Assembly: GCA_020137815.1 (NCBI GenBank)
Contig: CM035360.1
Location: 7,068,001-7,132,000 of the forward strand
Origin: Hormiphora californensis
Taxonomy: Eukaryota > Animalia > Ctenophora
Length of the DNA stretch: 64,000 nt
Direction of reading: 5' to 3'
Under the pieces are notes generated by a model, which was not told the origin of the DNA, made no database searches, and was given only the letters and a program-made list of their open reading frames with translations. This document shows positions 22,167 to 35,502 of the stretch, piece by piece. Made by a program: the position numbers and the translations under genes. The stretch's first letter is position 1. Every line of letters starts with the position of its first letter.

Positions 22167-24740
22167 ATGTATCAAAGATTTATTCTTCTCACACTTTTTG
22201 TTGTTGGTGCTCTCGGACGGAGTGCACCCAAACTTCTCCCGGCCGAGGATTTTAATGTAAATCAACCCTTCACGGTAAGAAAAACAACCAAATCCGAGAG
22301 AAGAATAAAGTTGTCATTATTGACTCGTATATTTAACATTACATAAAGTTGTTATTATTGACATTTGACTCATTTACTAAACATTATCAGGGAGAAAGAG
22401 ACAATGGAATTCATCCGAGTTTTTATAAATCGGAGCCTGATCTGAGGATTTTCTATGGCGATGATGCGGAAAAGGGACAATTCCCATTCATGGTAAATCT
22501 TAATTGGCTTAATTTCAATTACAGCTAACTATAATTTATCTCAGTTTATAACCACCTTGACAATATTCAATTGGTAAATACAAAAGTGTCTCTAACTATA
22601 TTATCATCTCCAGGTACGATTGTCTATTGTTCTTGGGTACAGTGCAGGTGGAGGTATGTACGGTGCCCGTTGTGGAGGCTCCATCATTGGAAAGCGACAC
22701 ATTCTGACCGCCGCCCATTGCGTTGTAAACCAAGAAGACGGCCAAAGCTGGAGTTACGTCCTGGCTCCCCACAACTTCTACATTTGGGTTGGAGATCACG
22801 ATAGTACTGATGGCAATGATGGAAACTCTGTATACCGTGTTGAGAGTGTCATTACACACGAGAATTATAACCCAAATGATATCACTAATGATGTGGCTGT
22901 CCTGGTCCTGACACAGGATATTGATTTCTCTGACAAAACCAAAGCAGCTATCCTCTCCCTCCCTGATGATGGTGATGACTCTCTCATGACTCCCGGATCA
23001 CCCGTCACTGTAGCTGGATGGGGAACCGTCGAGAGTGGAAGTCTTGCCTCTGTTCTGCAGTATCTGGAGTACAAGTTTGCCTCTACTGAAGATTGTAACA
23101 CCTACTACCCTGGTTGGGTGGAGGACGGTATGATCTGTACTGCTGACCTGCCCCTTCCCTCCGAGAGAAGGACCTGGGGTGGTGACTCTGGAGGCCCCCT
23201 GTTTGTGGAGCAGTCGGATGGGAGCTCAAAGGTACTGGCTATTGTCAGTTGGGGCACGGGTGATTCCAGCGAGAAGTCATCTTATGACGTCAACGCTGAT
23301 ATCTGGTATTACCGAGAGTGGGTTAGGAAAATGGCGGGAGATAACAACGATAGGATCACTTCCGAGATGGTCCCTACCGGTGGAAGCATCTCAAAGAAAT
23401 ACCAACTCCACACACTCCAAAGCACGTGGCATAGATTCCAGGCCACCACCGGCGCCTTCCTCAAGATTTACGTCAAGTCAATGGGTCTCGCCGAGCACCA
23501 CCACGTCTCCGTGTACGATGCCCCCTCTGGAAGTATCATTGACGGCAAGCTCATCGCTGGACTGTCCGGTAACGAGTATGGATCCTTCTACTCAAGCAGT
23601 GCAGGGTCAAGTATCATTGTTATGATCTCCACCACGGACGAGGGTGACAAACTTGGTTCTGTCATGGTGTCCGTCAGCAGCGAAACTACAGAGAACGATA
23701 ACGGACCTACCATCTGTGGTGATGGGTTCTACGCCTGTGAGGACCAGTCCTACTGTGTCTTTAACATTCAGAGGTGTGATAAGAGCACCAATATCTTCCA
23801 GTGCCAGGATGCTTCTGATGAAAATGATAATGCCTGCAAGGATGATGATAGCAACGGGTGGGATGAACATGATGGTAGCGATGATGGTAACGATGGTGAT
23901 GATGGTAACGATGGTGACGATGGTAACGATGGTGATGATAAGCCAGACATGAAGTACACCCTTTTCAACGGTGAAAGTGTGTCTGAGGATCACAGTGAGG
24001 GAGTTCTCATTGCCATGGAATCCTGGACTGACAAATCAACTTGGTACACTGCCTGTAATGACAATGCTAACGCTTACGTTGCTGGAACTATCTGCCGACA
24101 CTTTGGCTTCAAAATGGGCCAACTCGTCCCTGCCAGCTATTACATTCCCAAAGCAGGTCTACCCATTCCATATGGAGCTACCGACCTTATGTGCCCTGCC
24201 GGGGCTTCCTCTCCCAATGACTGCAAGATAACTGAGTACTGGGAGGCCAAGGTGCCTTGTTTCAGCGGAGAACAAATTGCGGTACAGTGTGGAAACATGG
24301 CCTGGAAAATGGCTATCCCCAACTTCAAGGTTGCCGTCCGAGAGGTCAAGAAAGGCAGTGCTCTTCGTGGAAAGGCTTTCTGTGGAGTCGAGGCTGAGAA
24401 GTTTGGAGTTGACATTGCATCTTCATCCGGTATTGGTGCTGTCTTGATGAACCTCCGAAAGGCTGACCAAGGAAGTACCACCGGTTACGAACTAGACATG
24501 GTGAGTGAGGGCAAGTGGAACAAGAAGGCCGATGCCTACAGGATGAAGATCAAACAGGACTTGGAATCTGGGCAGAGTGCCAAGAGCCAGTGTTATATCT
24601 GTGTTGCATACGTTGAGGATGGTTCTCAGTGGGTTCACAAGAGGGATGAGGACTGTGCCTACCCTGGTGCCACAGATGAAATCATTGCACAGATGATCAG
24701 CAGAATGATGGACCGAGCTGACGAAGAAAAGCAGGATTAG
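22167..24740 (+). CDS. Secreted mosaic S1 serine protease: signal/propeptide, trypsin domain, CUB-like, LDLa, Asp/Gly repeat, SRCR, unknown C-terminal domain; exons 22167-22274, 22391-22492, 22614-24740 (~778 aa)
   Basis: Activation site LR|IFYG, GQFPFM, TAAHC, DVAVL, GDSGGP. LDLa CEDQSYCV..RCD...QCQDASDE. SRCR-like EGVL..WYTACND..TICRHFGF..LMC..C..AVQC. Confidence 0.92.
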
Positions 24741-25319
24741 AATATTGACAATTAACTAAAAATAGAGAGATTACCCACCCTTACACCTTTGGACATCAGA
24801 TATTTGCAGAGAGAAAGCAGAAGAGAGAGATTTATTTTTCGTACCATTTCATTACGTTTTGCTATTTTTGTGGGTGAGAGTATGTATTTTGTAGATGCAG
24901 TTTATATAAATTATAATAATGGATTTTAGATGATCTAAAAATTGTGTCTTTCGTCTATGAAGGGGATATTGACAAGCAATGCACTGAAAAATAAACTGAT
25001 TGGCTTGAATTGTGATGGATGAAAATTCCCCCAAGTATACGTCTAGTGAATACATACCCATTAAACGACCATGTAAACTGGAAAACCGAGATGTTTTTTT
25101 TTCAACTCCTCCAAGTCCAGGTCCCAGTTATTAGTTCAGAAATTGCGACCAGAAACTACTGAACACCCTGAGAAATAATGGATTACATTTGGAGGAACTA
25201 AGAAATGCTAATATTCCGTATTTTCGTAATCATAATGAACACCGATTTTCAGCCTTGGATAAAATAATTTTAGAACATAAACGTATACAACAGTCAATAC
25301 TATAAAATAACAGCAATTC

Positions 25320-25808
25320 TCATCTCCCTAGTCGAGCTAACATAGCGGAAGCAGCACTTGAATTTTTATGAGATTTAAGATGTTCTTTAAAAAAGCTCTT
25401 GTCCGTAGTTTTCATGTTACACGCAGGACAATCGAAAGTTTTGTCTTTTTTCTCCTCTAACAGTTCCTCTTTAAACTCAATCAGCTTATCTTGGAACTTT
25501 TTAATCTTAACGGCTGCCTCGGCAATTTCAGCCTCCGTATTTTCAATCTCCTCGTTAAGTTTTGTCAAGTTTTCCTCTAATGTCCGTGAATGGTCATCCT
25601 TATTGGTTTCCAGCTCCCTCACACACTTGTCATGATGGGTTGATTTGAAGTGATTTACCAGCTTCGCCTTGGTGTTAAAGTTCCGTGTTACGATAAACTT
25701 GGGATGGCAGACAATGCACCCAACCTCACTCCGGTCAATGTACATGTGTTCTGGAGGCCCCAGTTGAAGGAGGAAGTTATCAATTTCATCTGTGTACTGG
25801 GCACCCAT
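25320..25808 (-). CDS. Small intronless protein: C2H2 zinc finger, coiled coil, C2H2 zinc finger (162 aa from ATG 25808)
   Basis: CIVC...LVNHFKSTH and FDCPACNMKTTDKSFFKEHLKSH flank a heptad-rich acidic segment. The ORF-track N-terminal extension comes from the adjacent MITE. Confidence 0.65.
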   Translation of the reverse strand: MGAQYTDEIDNFLLQLGPPEHMYIDRSEVGCIVCHPKFIVTRNFNTKAKLVNHFKSTHHDKCVRELETNKDDHSRTLEENLTKLNEEIENTEAEIAEAAVKIKKFQDKLIEFKEELLEEKKDKTFDCPACNMKTTDKSFFKEHLKSHKNSSAASAMLARLGR

Positions 25809-25829
25809 GATTCTATCAATAAAGATGTT

Positions 25830-26525
25830 TATGGCGGCGCATTGACGCAAAATCAAAAAAGTAAAAAACGTTAAAAAAAAATAAAAAACGTGTTTCAAAA
25901 AACATGTTTTTAAAAAAATATGTTTTCGAAAATTTTGATTTTGCGTCAATGCGCCACGTAAGCCGGCTCAATGACGCAAAATCATTTTTCGAACATTTTG
26001 ATTTTGTGTCAATGCGCCACGTCGCCGGCTCAATGACGCAAAATCAACATTTTCGAAAACATGTTTTTTTTTTCTGAAAATTTTGATTTTGCGTCAATGC
26101 GCCGGCCACGTGGCGCATTGACGCAAAATAAAAATTTTTGAAAACATGATTTTGCGTCATTGAGCCGGCTTACGTGGCGCATTAGGGATCCCTAATAAAG
26201 TTGTGACTTGTCACTGTATTCTTGCGGAGGCGCGGTTGTGACTTGTCACCGCGTGTGCGCGTACCAAAACGCACGTGGTTCCCACTGCGCGTAGCTGCGG
26301 CGCGGCGCAAACCATGCGGTGACAAGTTACAATCGCGCATTTTGAAGCCGCGCCGCCACGGGAACCACATGTTTGGTGACAAGTCACAACTTTATTAGGG
26401 ATCCCTTTGACGCAAAATCAAAATTTTCGAAAACATTTTTTTTTAAAACATGTTTTTTGAAACACGTTTTTTTATTTTTTTCATGTTTTTATTTTTTTTT
26501 GATTTTGCGTCAATGCGCCGCCATA
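25830..26525. mobile_element. Palindromic MITE with TATGG...CCATA termini and a 6-bp TSD (IS3EU-like)
   Basis: TIR TATGGCGGCGCATTGACGCAAAATC; GATGTT duplicated at 25824-25829 and 26526-26531; repeated internal GACGCAAAATC motifs. Confidence 0.8.
26184..26406. mobile_element. Nested MITE with a 2-bp TT TSD
   Basis: TIR AGGGATCCCTAATAAAGTTGTGACTTGTCAC interrupts the host motif GCGCATTGACGC and duplicates TT. Confidence 0.85.
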
Positions 26526-27567
26526 GATGTTATTGAATGGAATAGATGAGAGAAATATTAGTTTAGCTTTGCCTTAAATGTAAATGTAAAAGTACAGCAA
26601 GTGAACTGGTTGGCAAACGCACCGCGGGATAAGGCAGCGCAGAGCGCTTTTCAAGCGAACTGGGGCCGACACAGACACTTTTTTTTGAAAAACTTGGTTA
26701 AACGAGAATATAAAAATAAGGGTAATCACTAATCAGTACTTAAAGGTTAAGATACTTTTGGGTTATGACTTTCAAAAGACAGAAAACCGACTTTTTCAAA
26801 ATAAAAGACAAAAAAATATTTCCGACCAACATAAAAAAAATCGGACAAGCTAAGTTTTTCGGTTTCGAAGCATAGCAGGACCAACTGCAATCGCTGTTAA
26901 CCGCGCACGCGAAAATTTAATCAGAGTGCGCTGCAAAGTTCGCGCGCTTTGTCATCGAGTTATTTAGTAGGGACCCTAATCTGATCCAGGCACGGATTTC
27001 ACCCCCCTTTTTTATGATTGGAAATAGTTAATTAATTGTCCCTTAGTTATGTACATTACAAGAAATATACGCGTGCCTGGGTTAATTGGCCAATAAAAGC
27101 CAATTAAGTCTTAATTGCCAGTCAAACTACTTAAATGTCTCTTATTCTTGATTGAAACATCGGATTTGAGTCTAGTAAAACGCATAGTGTTCTAAATTAC
27201 TCTGCAAACAAGATACAGTAAAAAATTTGGATAAAATTGGTTCTAAATTAGGTTTTTTGAACATGGGCCAAATACCCGCCAAAACCAATAAATAGGGTAC
27301 TTTTCCAATGCTGTCACCTTTTGACTTTCATCTGTACTTTTATACCGCGCGCACCAATATGTACCGTGCGCGGCAATCAGAACACCTTGTTCAAGGACAA
27401 AGGAAGGAGGTCTCATGGAAACAGCTGAAAAATGCGCTGACAAGTGCCGTAACCATGTTAATGAATTTCTTCCTCATTTTACGACCATTTCCAAGTTCCA
27501 GTATTCCGATATTAAACACAAAATGAAACATGTTTGTATACAGAGAGGGAAAGAGTAAGAGTAAGAG

Positions 27568-27645
<78 letters not shown>

Positions 27646-28059
27646 AGAGGGATAATTACAAACATGTTTCAATGATTCAACCACACTGTTCTTTGTAATT
27701 GTTTACCAAAAATTTAAACTGACATACATAATAAAATGGTACACAGTTCATTGTTCAAATAGACGAAAAATATCAACAATTAATAACATCCACACATGCA
27801 TAATTATAAAACGGTCCGTTGTGATTAACTGTGTACCGTATAATCAGCTGATCAAACTGTTCACCCCACCCATGGTTTTATCTGGAAAAATATTTAATTT
27901 CCACGTCACTCTGGCGGTATTATAATTGTTCCTTGCTATTTCGGGGTCAACATTTGGAATGAGTACGGAAAACAATGAAAGTTCAATTATTTCAAACACT
28001 CATTCAAGGGCTTCGCCAACACAGGAATAGTCCCGCTATGACAGGCGACACCCAGAGTC

Positions 28060-28420
28060 CTACACACAATGTATTACTCCACCCCTAATCACATAGCGTC
28101 CCTCAGGATGCGACCTTCTCAACTCACTCAATGTCTTTAATGTTCTCTTTCTCTCAACCCTCTGCTCTAGAGTCCGATCAGGCTCCAGAAACACCTTGGA
28201 GTAGGCCGTAGTAGTCTTGAGCTCCCTTGCCTTCCTCAGAAGAGAAATCAGAGTTTCCCTGGAGTTCAGAGAGACAACGACAGGTCTCACTTTTCCATCA
28301 GCAGCAGCACCCACTCTGGAACACTTGAAGATCACAGGCTTCCCGTTTAGAGAGTCCATAACTCCGAAAGGGATCTTTGAGAAGCAGGATACACCTATCA
28401 TTGCAGATATTTTACCCTTC
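28060..28420 (-). mobile_element. Fragment of a non-LTR retrotransposon ORF1 C-terminus
   Basis: RVG...RPVVVSLNS...LLRKARELK....KVFLEPDRTLEQR is typical of the LINE ORF1 RRM/CTD region; truncated. Confidence 0.7.
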
Positions 28421-28497
28421 CACCCAGGTATTCCGGCCGTTCCAACTGAGCGCCGTTCTGTGATGAGTTTTCCTGAAAGAATACAGTGGTGAGGGAG

Positions 28498-28564
<67 letters not shown>

Positions 28565-29774
28565 AAGGGGGGGAGAGAGAGAGAGAAAGAGAGTGGATGG
28601 TGAGAGAGAAATAGAGATAGGGAGATACAGAGAGAAATACAGAGACAATCGGAGAGAATCGAGATATAATATAATAATAATATAACGGCGAGGGAGATAC
28701 AGAAAATTATTGTACATGACTGTACTGTTGAGGTTCACACAATAAATGCATGCACATCATTTCCCTCTAATATATGTCAAACTTGGGATAGATATAGAGC
28801 TAGAGAAACACTCTAAGACAGACTATAGTGTAGGTCATGGGTATGCCATACCCATGACCTACACCATACACCATACCCAGTATGGAGAAATATATCAAAG
28901 GGATGGAGAGATAGAGATTGAGAGATAGCGATGGAGATGGCCTTGCTCAAACCTCTTTCCTAGGGGGGTTAGAACATAACAAGATGGAGATACAGGGTGG
29001 GCCAGAAACATGGAGCCATTTTGAGATAACTAATGTGTCAATACAGTTCGCTCTCCGAAATAGAGCTAGAGATAGAGCAAGAGATAGAGAGAAGACATCT
29101 GATAGCGAACGACAGAGGGAGACAGATTGCTCTATCATAATCATCATACCTACATGAATAGCATGTAATAAAGATAAATAGAAATGTAATAAATAACTGG
29201 GAAGAGAATAGAATAAATAACTGGGAAGAGAATGGAACTCGGGAGGGATTTGGGAAGGGGACGATTTGACAACTAACCTTCTTGGTTATGGAGATGAGAG
29301 TGTAGTTCACGCGTCCAGTCCAGTTCTCTTTTCGGAAAATATCCCAGCCACATACTAGTTGGCCATCGTCTAATTGTAGTCGTTACTGCGGTGAAAACTA
29401 GATTCCCATGTTTATCATATCAGTTGGTACCTGGACGGGGCAAAGATTGTTTATAGACATGGTGATGTAACTAGCTAAAAAAATGGTGAACATGTATTAG
29501 ACTGTTTATCGATCGTGATTCGATTAATTGGGGTTTCTTGCAACATTAGCTGGTACAGAATTTAGTGGTAACAGTACCTCGTTTGTAATAATTCCCCGAG
29601 AGAAAAGAAGGACACTTTTCCTCTTCGTAGACATTACACATCCGACATCCGTACACATCACTACTTTTGAGTTTTTCGTTTGCAGCATTAAACTATCAAA
29701 TACGACCAGTTATAAATAAGAAATTTCAAGGGATTAAATAGAGGGGATAGGTATAGTAACAAAGAGAAAGGGTT

Positions 29775-30310
29775 CAAAAGTAGGTACCTAGGAGAGACGA
29801 TGTAGAATCAGGTACCAAAAAGGGGGATACAAAAGGAGTTACCCAAAAGGGGGAGGATGTAGAAGCAGGTATGAAGGAGTAAGGGTACAGAAGGCTGAAG
29901 GAGATACCCAGGAGGGGGATGAAGAAGCAGGTACCATAAGGAGGAAGGTTGTGCATGAAAGTTGGGCCAAGAGAGAATACAGAAGGAAAGACCCAGGGAT
30001 GGGGTGCAGGAGGAGGTACCCAGGGTACGGATGGAAGGTGGTACTCTGAAAGGAGAGAGTGCAGGAAGAGGTAAACCGGGCCAAGGGAGAGAGCAGAAAG
30101 ATATACCCACTGGCCACTACCCAGGAGCGAGGGAGAATGTAGAAGCAGGTACCACAGATGGCAAAAGGATGCACCAAAGACTCAGGACACAGGAATGAGG
30201 ATGTACAAACAGGTACAAAAGAGGGAGGGTGCAAAAAGGTGCCCAGGAGAGGCCAAACTCTAGAGGAAGTACAGAAGGGGCTCCAAGGTGCCCAGTAGGA
30301 GGAAGAAGCT
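29775..30310. repeat. Degenerate purine-rich minisatellite (AGGTACCCAGGA-type units)
   Basis: Recurrent GTAGAAGCAGGTACC and ACCCAGG(A/G) motifs. Confidence 0.6.
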
Positions 30311-30934
30311 AAGGCAGCGACTGCATAATGCTAAAGGAGAACCGAGAAACCCACGATCGAGGCAGTGGTCTGACGAGGGTCCTTCAGCTTTCAACAAGAA
30401 ACATTTAAAAGCAGCCAAATTGTGGGAAGCGATAAATTAATAAGATTGCAATCAAATATGGCACAACTAAAACAGAAAGTAAAGAAATTAATAGAAATCA
30501 GAAGGAAATTGCCAGGAGCGTCCGGATCAGACGTACCAAAATCCACCAGAGTGGAAATGAAACATTTTTGGTTCGGCTCGGCTGTGGACGAACTTCTCGC
30601 TCAGAAAGAGCCGCGCACTTGCACGCGCAAATCCATTTACAAATTTCACTACTGCGCGCGAAATTAAGAAACCCTACTAATTAAAAAAAATCGCGATTTT
30701 GAGTTTTTTTAAATTTTTTTCTTCGCCAAAACCGACCTTTGGAATGCGCTGCAGCCCCCTCATGCGCGCACCCCCGCAACGAGGGGACTGAAGGGAATGC
30801 CGCGCGCGCGTTTGGCCTGAGCTCAGGACGGGCTCGGCTGGGTCGAAGATAACTTTGCGAGCGAAAAAACGGCGGTGCTTATACTGTCTCCAACTCCTAT
30901 TCCTGATTCCTGGGCTCCCTTTTTCTCGTGTATT

Positions 30935-31710
30935 CCTTCACATCGATACCTGGGTCCTCTACTCCTACCTCCTCCACATCGATCCCTGGGTCCTTTACTC
31001 CTACCTCCTCCACATCGATCCCTGGGTCCTCTACTCCTACCTCCTCCACATCGATCCCTGGGTCCTTTACTCCTACCTCCTCGACATCGATTCCTGGGTC
31101 CTTTCCCTACCTTGCTCCACATCGATCCCTGGGTCTTTTCCCAACCTCCTTCACATCGATCCCTGGGTCGTTTACTCCTACCTCCTCCACATCGATTCCT
31201 GGGTCCTTTCCCTACCTTGCTCCACATCGATCCCTGGGTCCTCTACTCCTACCTGCTCCACATCGATCCCTGGGTCCTTTACTCCTACCTCCTCCACATC
31301 GATCCCTGGGTCCTTTACTCCTACCTTGCTCCTCATCCCTGGGTCCTTTACTCCTACCTCCTCCACATCGATCCCTGGGTCCTTTACTCCTACCTTGCTC
31401 CTCATCCCTGGGTCCTTTACTCCTACCTCCTCCACATCGATTCCTGGGTCCTTTCCCTACCTTGCTCCACATCGATCCCTGGGTCCTCTACTCCTACCTG
31501 CTCCACATCGATCCCTGGGTCCTTTACTCCTACCTCCTCCACATCGATCCCTGGGTCCTTTACTCCTACCTTGCTCCTCATCCCTGGGTCCTTTACTCCT
31601 ACCTTACTCCTCATCCCTGGGTCCTTTACTCCTACCTTGCTCCTCATCCCTGGGTCCTTTACTCCTACCGGTACTCCTACCTCCTCCACATCGATCCCTG
31701 GGTCCTTTTC
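30935..31710. repeat. 36-bp minisatellite with ~30-bp variant units
   Basis: Unit CACATCGATCCCTGGGTCCTTTACTCCTACCTCCTC, about 20 copies, with higher-order variant patterns. Confidence 0.95.
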
Positions 31711-33352
31711 CTTGTGCTGCTCCATATCGAGCACATCCTCATTCCTCATTCTACAAACTATCTACAACATCCCTAATACACGCTACTCATCACTTGTTAT
31801 CACGACAGTTTATTGAATCTGTTTTTTGTACATACAATGTGATATTGAAGAGTGTTTGAATTAGACGAGATAACCCAGCTAGAGGTAGCTACGGGCGGAA
31901 ACGTCCGCATGTTGGACATATTTATTTTTAATACTTGTGAACCAATATGTTTAGTGTATTAGCGGGGTGTCAATAATTACATTTATTTAATTTATTGACA
32001 TTATAAATATAATTTTAATCTTGTAATCTTGTAATCTTGTAATCTTTGGCCCCTGAAGTCCGTTTGACTTTATTCTTTCACTAGCTGTTAGATCTGAAAA
32101 TTATCTACCTTGCTGTTTTTGAGAGAAGTAAATTGGACTTCAGGAGGCTGAGCAATAACCGTTCAAAGATGGGTTGTTTTCAAAAAGTGACGTCACAGAT
32201 CCCTGCAGGGACACTTTGTTTCAAATTTGAATTAAAATCTCGAATTTTTTATTTTACCGCACTCGATTTTGCGGAGTTTGGTTCATATCTCCTGTTCCTG
32301 ATAAGATAGAGACCTGAAACCGGTTGCATTTTAGAGCTGTTATCTTCCTCTTTCCAACGCTACCAAAACGATTTCTGTACCTTATCTGGAACCGGAGATA
32401 TGATTGTTTATGTATTCCCCCCCAGCGCGGTATTCCCTCCAGGCCCCTTATATTATATTATAAGGGGCCTGCAACGTATGCCAAAACCGACCTCAAAAGT
32501 AAAAAAAAAAGAGTGATCACTCAGTGATCATCACTGTTAGTGTTCTCTAATCTCTTCCATTTTTCCAATTTGAAATTTCTCAGGCTTAAAGGAACATAGG
32601 AAGAAATATTTCGTCATAGCTTTGACTTGTTGCATAGACAAAACCGTTTGACTGTTTTTCAACAAAAAACCGTAGTTTATATTTGCCCAATGCGGAATGC
32701 CCATAACCTGGGGCCACTGGCCAGGACATACTTTTCGGGCGAAAGACTGGAAGAAAACGTGAAAATTAGACAGAAACGCGAAAAGTGAAAAAATGCGATT
32801 TTGATCGGGATTTTTCGAGCCTCCAACATTTTCAAATACACCAACTTTATTGTTTAAGTTGAACGTTTCCAATTTCCAGTGTATCCCAGACCCCTTAACC
32901 ACGCTTCGTATTTTTTCCCTGCCCGGGTGGATGCCGAAGGCATCCACCCGGATGCCTTTTTACTTTGTAAAAAGGCATAGCAGGGTTAGAATTCGAAAAC
33001 GACATTTTGGTATACTAACTAATCGGTAGAGGGACCATTTTAAACTAAGCTATGTGAGAAGTATACTGACAGCTAGATCGTATGCATCTCACATTACATT
33101 ATGACCAAGCCTTGATCCTGTTGACAGTGACACGTGAAAAGGTAGGGCAGGGAAACACAGCATTATGAATACATAATGCAATGATTCTTGTTTAAACCAA
33201 CGCCCAACCTGCACCTTCAAGTTTTAATTGTTTATTGTATATATTGATCTTTGAATATGTTCATCCGCTCTCAATTTCGTTCCTCTGCCCTGTTCTAGCT
33301 GTGGTGAGCGGTTATCTATAGATATGGATGATTGGTGATTAAGGGAGGTAGT

Positions 33353-35403
33353 ATGACGGTTACAGTGGCTAATAAATACACCCTGATGCGCTCTCTCGGT
33401 GATGGAACGTATGGATCCGTCTGTCTCGCTAAAAACTTGACTTCTGGGGAACAAGTCGCAGTAAAAGTGTAAGTTTCATTCCATGCTCATTGCTCGTCAT
33501 CCTATCTTTGTTTGTTTGTTTGTGGGTGCACGATGATCAGTATCCACCTTTGGTTGGGTGATTCCTGTTTTGGGGTTAAAAAGAAGTGACACCACTGACA
33601 CCATTACCAATGAACCACTACAGGATGAAACGAAAGTACAAGTCGTGGCAGGAGGCAATGGATTTGAGGGAAGTGAAATCGCTGAAGAAGTTAAACCATG
33701 CCAACATTGTCAAGCTGAAGGAGGTGATACGAGAAAATGACACCCTGTATTTTATATTCGAGTTTATGAAGGAGAACCTTTACCAGATGATGAAGGCACG
33801 ATATGAAAAGTAAGGAACACCTTGTGGGTTGTTATATGCTTTAGTGAAACAGGGTCGAGCAACGTGTGGGCGCCTTGTGTGGGTCACACTGCATTGTATT
33901 TTAGCACACTTTGTCAGGGTTTGGTAGATCAAGGAACACCAGCTGCTACAGTAATAAAACTAGTACCAAAAGATAAGGTTATATAGTTTGTATATTTCAC
34001 AGACAACTCATTTCAGAAATCGATATTTTCAAGACTCGATGGTTCGAAATATTATGTTCCAAGTATTCCAGGGACTTTCTTTTATGCACAAACATGGTAA
34101 TACTTTTTGAATATCATTTATCAGTCTCGCCTTACCAAAGATTGTCAACAGCTGTTATTCATCACATTCTTTCTTGCAACAGATCGGTAGCTTTCATTCT
34201 TCGTTCCCCCCTTCAATTTTTGCTCCTCGCCCCCTCTCAACTTCTCTTCCTCCAGGTTACTTTCACCGCGATATCAAACCCGAAAACTTGTTGTGTAACG
34301 GGTGCGACCTGGTCAAGATTGCCGATTTTGGACTGGCCAGGGAGATCAGATCACGGCCACCCTATACAGATTACGTATCAACGCGATGGTACCGGGCCCC
34401 TGAAGTCTTATTGAGGACGACCAACTACAGTTCTCCTATAGACATTTGGGCGTGCGGGGCGATTATTGCCGAGCTTTATTCGTTAAAACCGCTATTTCCG
34501 GGCAGCTCAGAGGTAAGGAATAAATCCCATTTTGGGTTGGGCTGGGAAGAGGTATTAGGAATATATTACCATCTAAAGGGTTGGGTTGGGTTGGATTGCG
34601 AAGGTAGTAAGGAATAATATAGGGTTGGGTTAGGTTGGGTGAGAGGGTACTGTAACGTGCAGAGATGCAAGAAAAAGCACTTTATAGCTGTCAAAAGACA
34701 GCTCAATAATTACGTCACATTGCAGGTTGACGAGATTTTCAGGATAGTCAGAGTATTGGGCACGCCCAGTAAAGAGGACTGGCCTGAAGGTCTGAAACTC
34801 GCCCAGGCCATGAACTTCAAATTTCCCCAATGTGTAAGTCGTTAGGTGTCTAAGTTCTTCGTGCTAAGTCACAACTCAGTATGGCACTTCACATTTAATT
34901 TCGTGGTCGGCAGTCTTCAACATTTTCCGTGCGTCATAAACACGGTGGTTAATGATCGAGAAGCACTTCACATTAAAGAATTATCACCCTCTGACGTCAT
35001 TGTTACGTCATTAAACAAGTCCTTTGTCATAATACTTGTTAATATATCTAGTTCAGGAACAATAAGAAGCACTTCACGTTCCTTGCTATCACCTATCCAC
35101 TCAGCGATAATACCCTGTCGATTGTTTGGTATCGAAGTCCGAAGACACCTCACACGCGCGCTGGCAAGGGGTAACTTCGTAACCAAGTCGATTGTATAAT
35201 AGCTGGGAAAGAAGGAGACATTCATTATTTTGCAAAACACAGATGTTTTTATCAGAACCCACCCTCCCTTTCCTTCCTTTATACACACACTTTGCAATTC
35301 TCCATACATCACAAGCACAGCTTTTAGAATAATACACTCATGTGACGAGTCACGTGGGATTAGAGGGAGAGAGAGAGGAAGAGAGAGAAAGGAATATAGA
35401 TAG

Positions 35404-35502
<99 letters not shown>

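Noticed and set aside
25809-25949. Hydrophobic N-terminus of ORF 25320-25949 suggesting a signal or TM segment
   Set aside because: Read through the T-rich MITE arm; the likely start is ATG 25808.
27300-27530. Possible Cys-containing coding fragment (ETAEKCADKC)
   Set aside because: Too short, with no supporting splice structure or recognisable family.
30935-31710. CRISPR-like 36-bp periodicity
   Set aside because: No unique spacers, eukaryotic context, no cas genes.
30823-31859. Long overlapping ORFs in several frames (HIDPWVLYSYLL, PPPHRSLGPLL repeats)
   Set aside because: By-product of a stop-free 36-bp minisatellite; frame switches follow unit-length variants.
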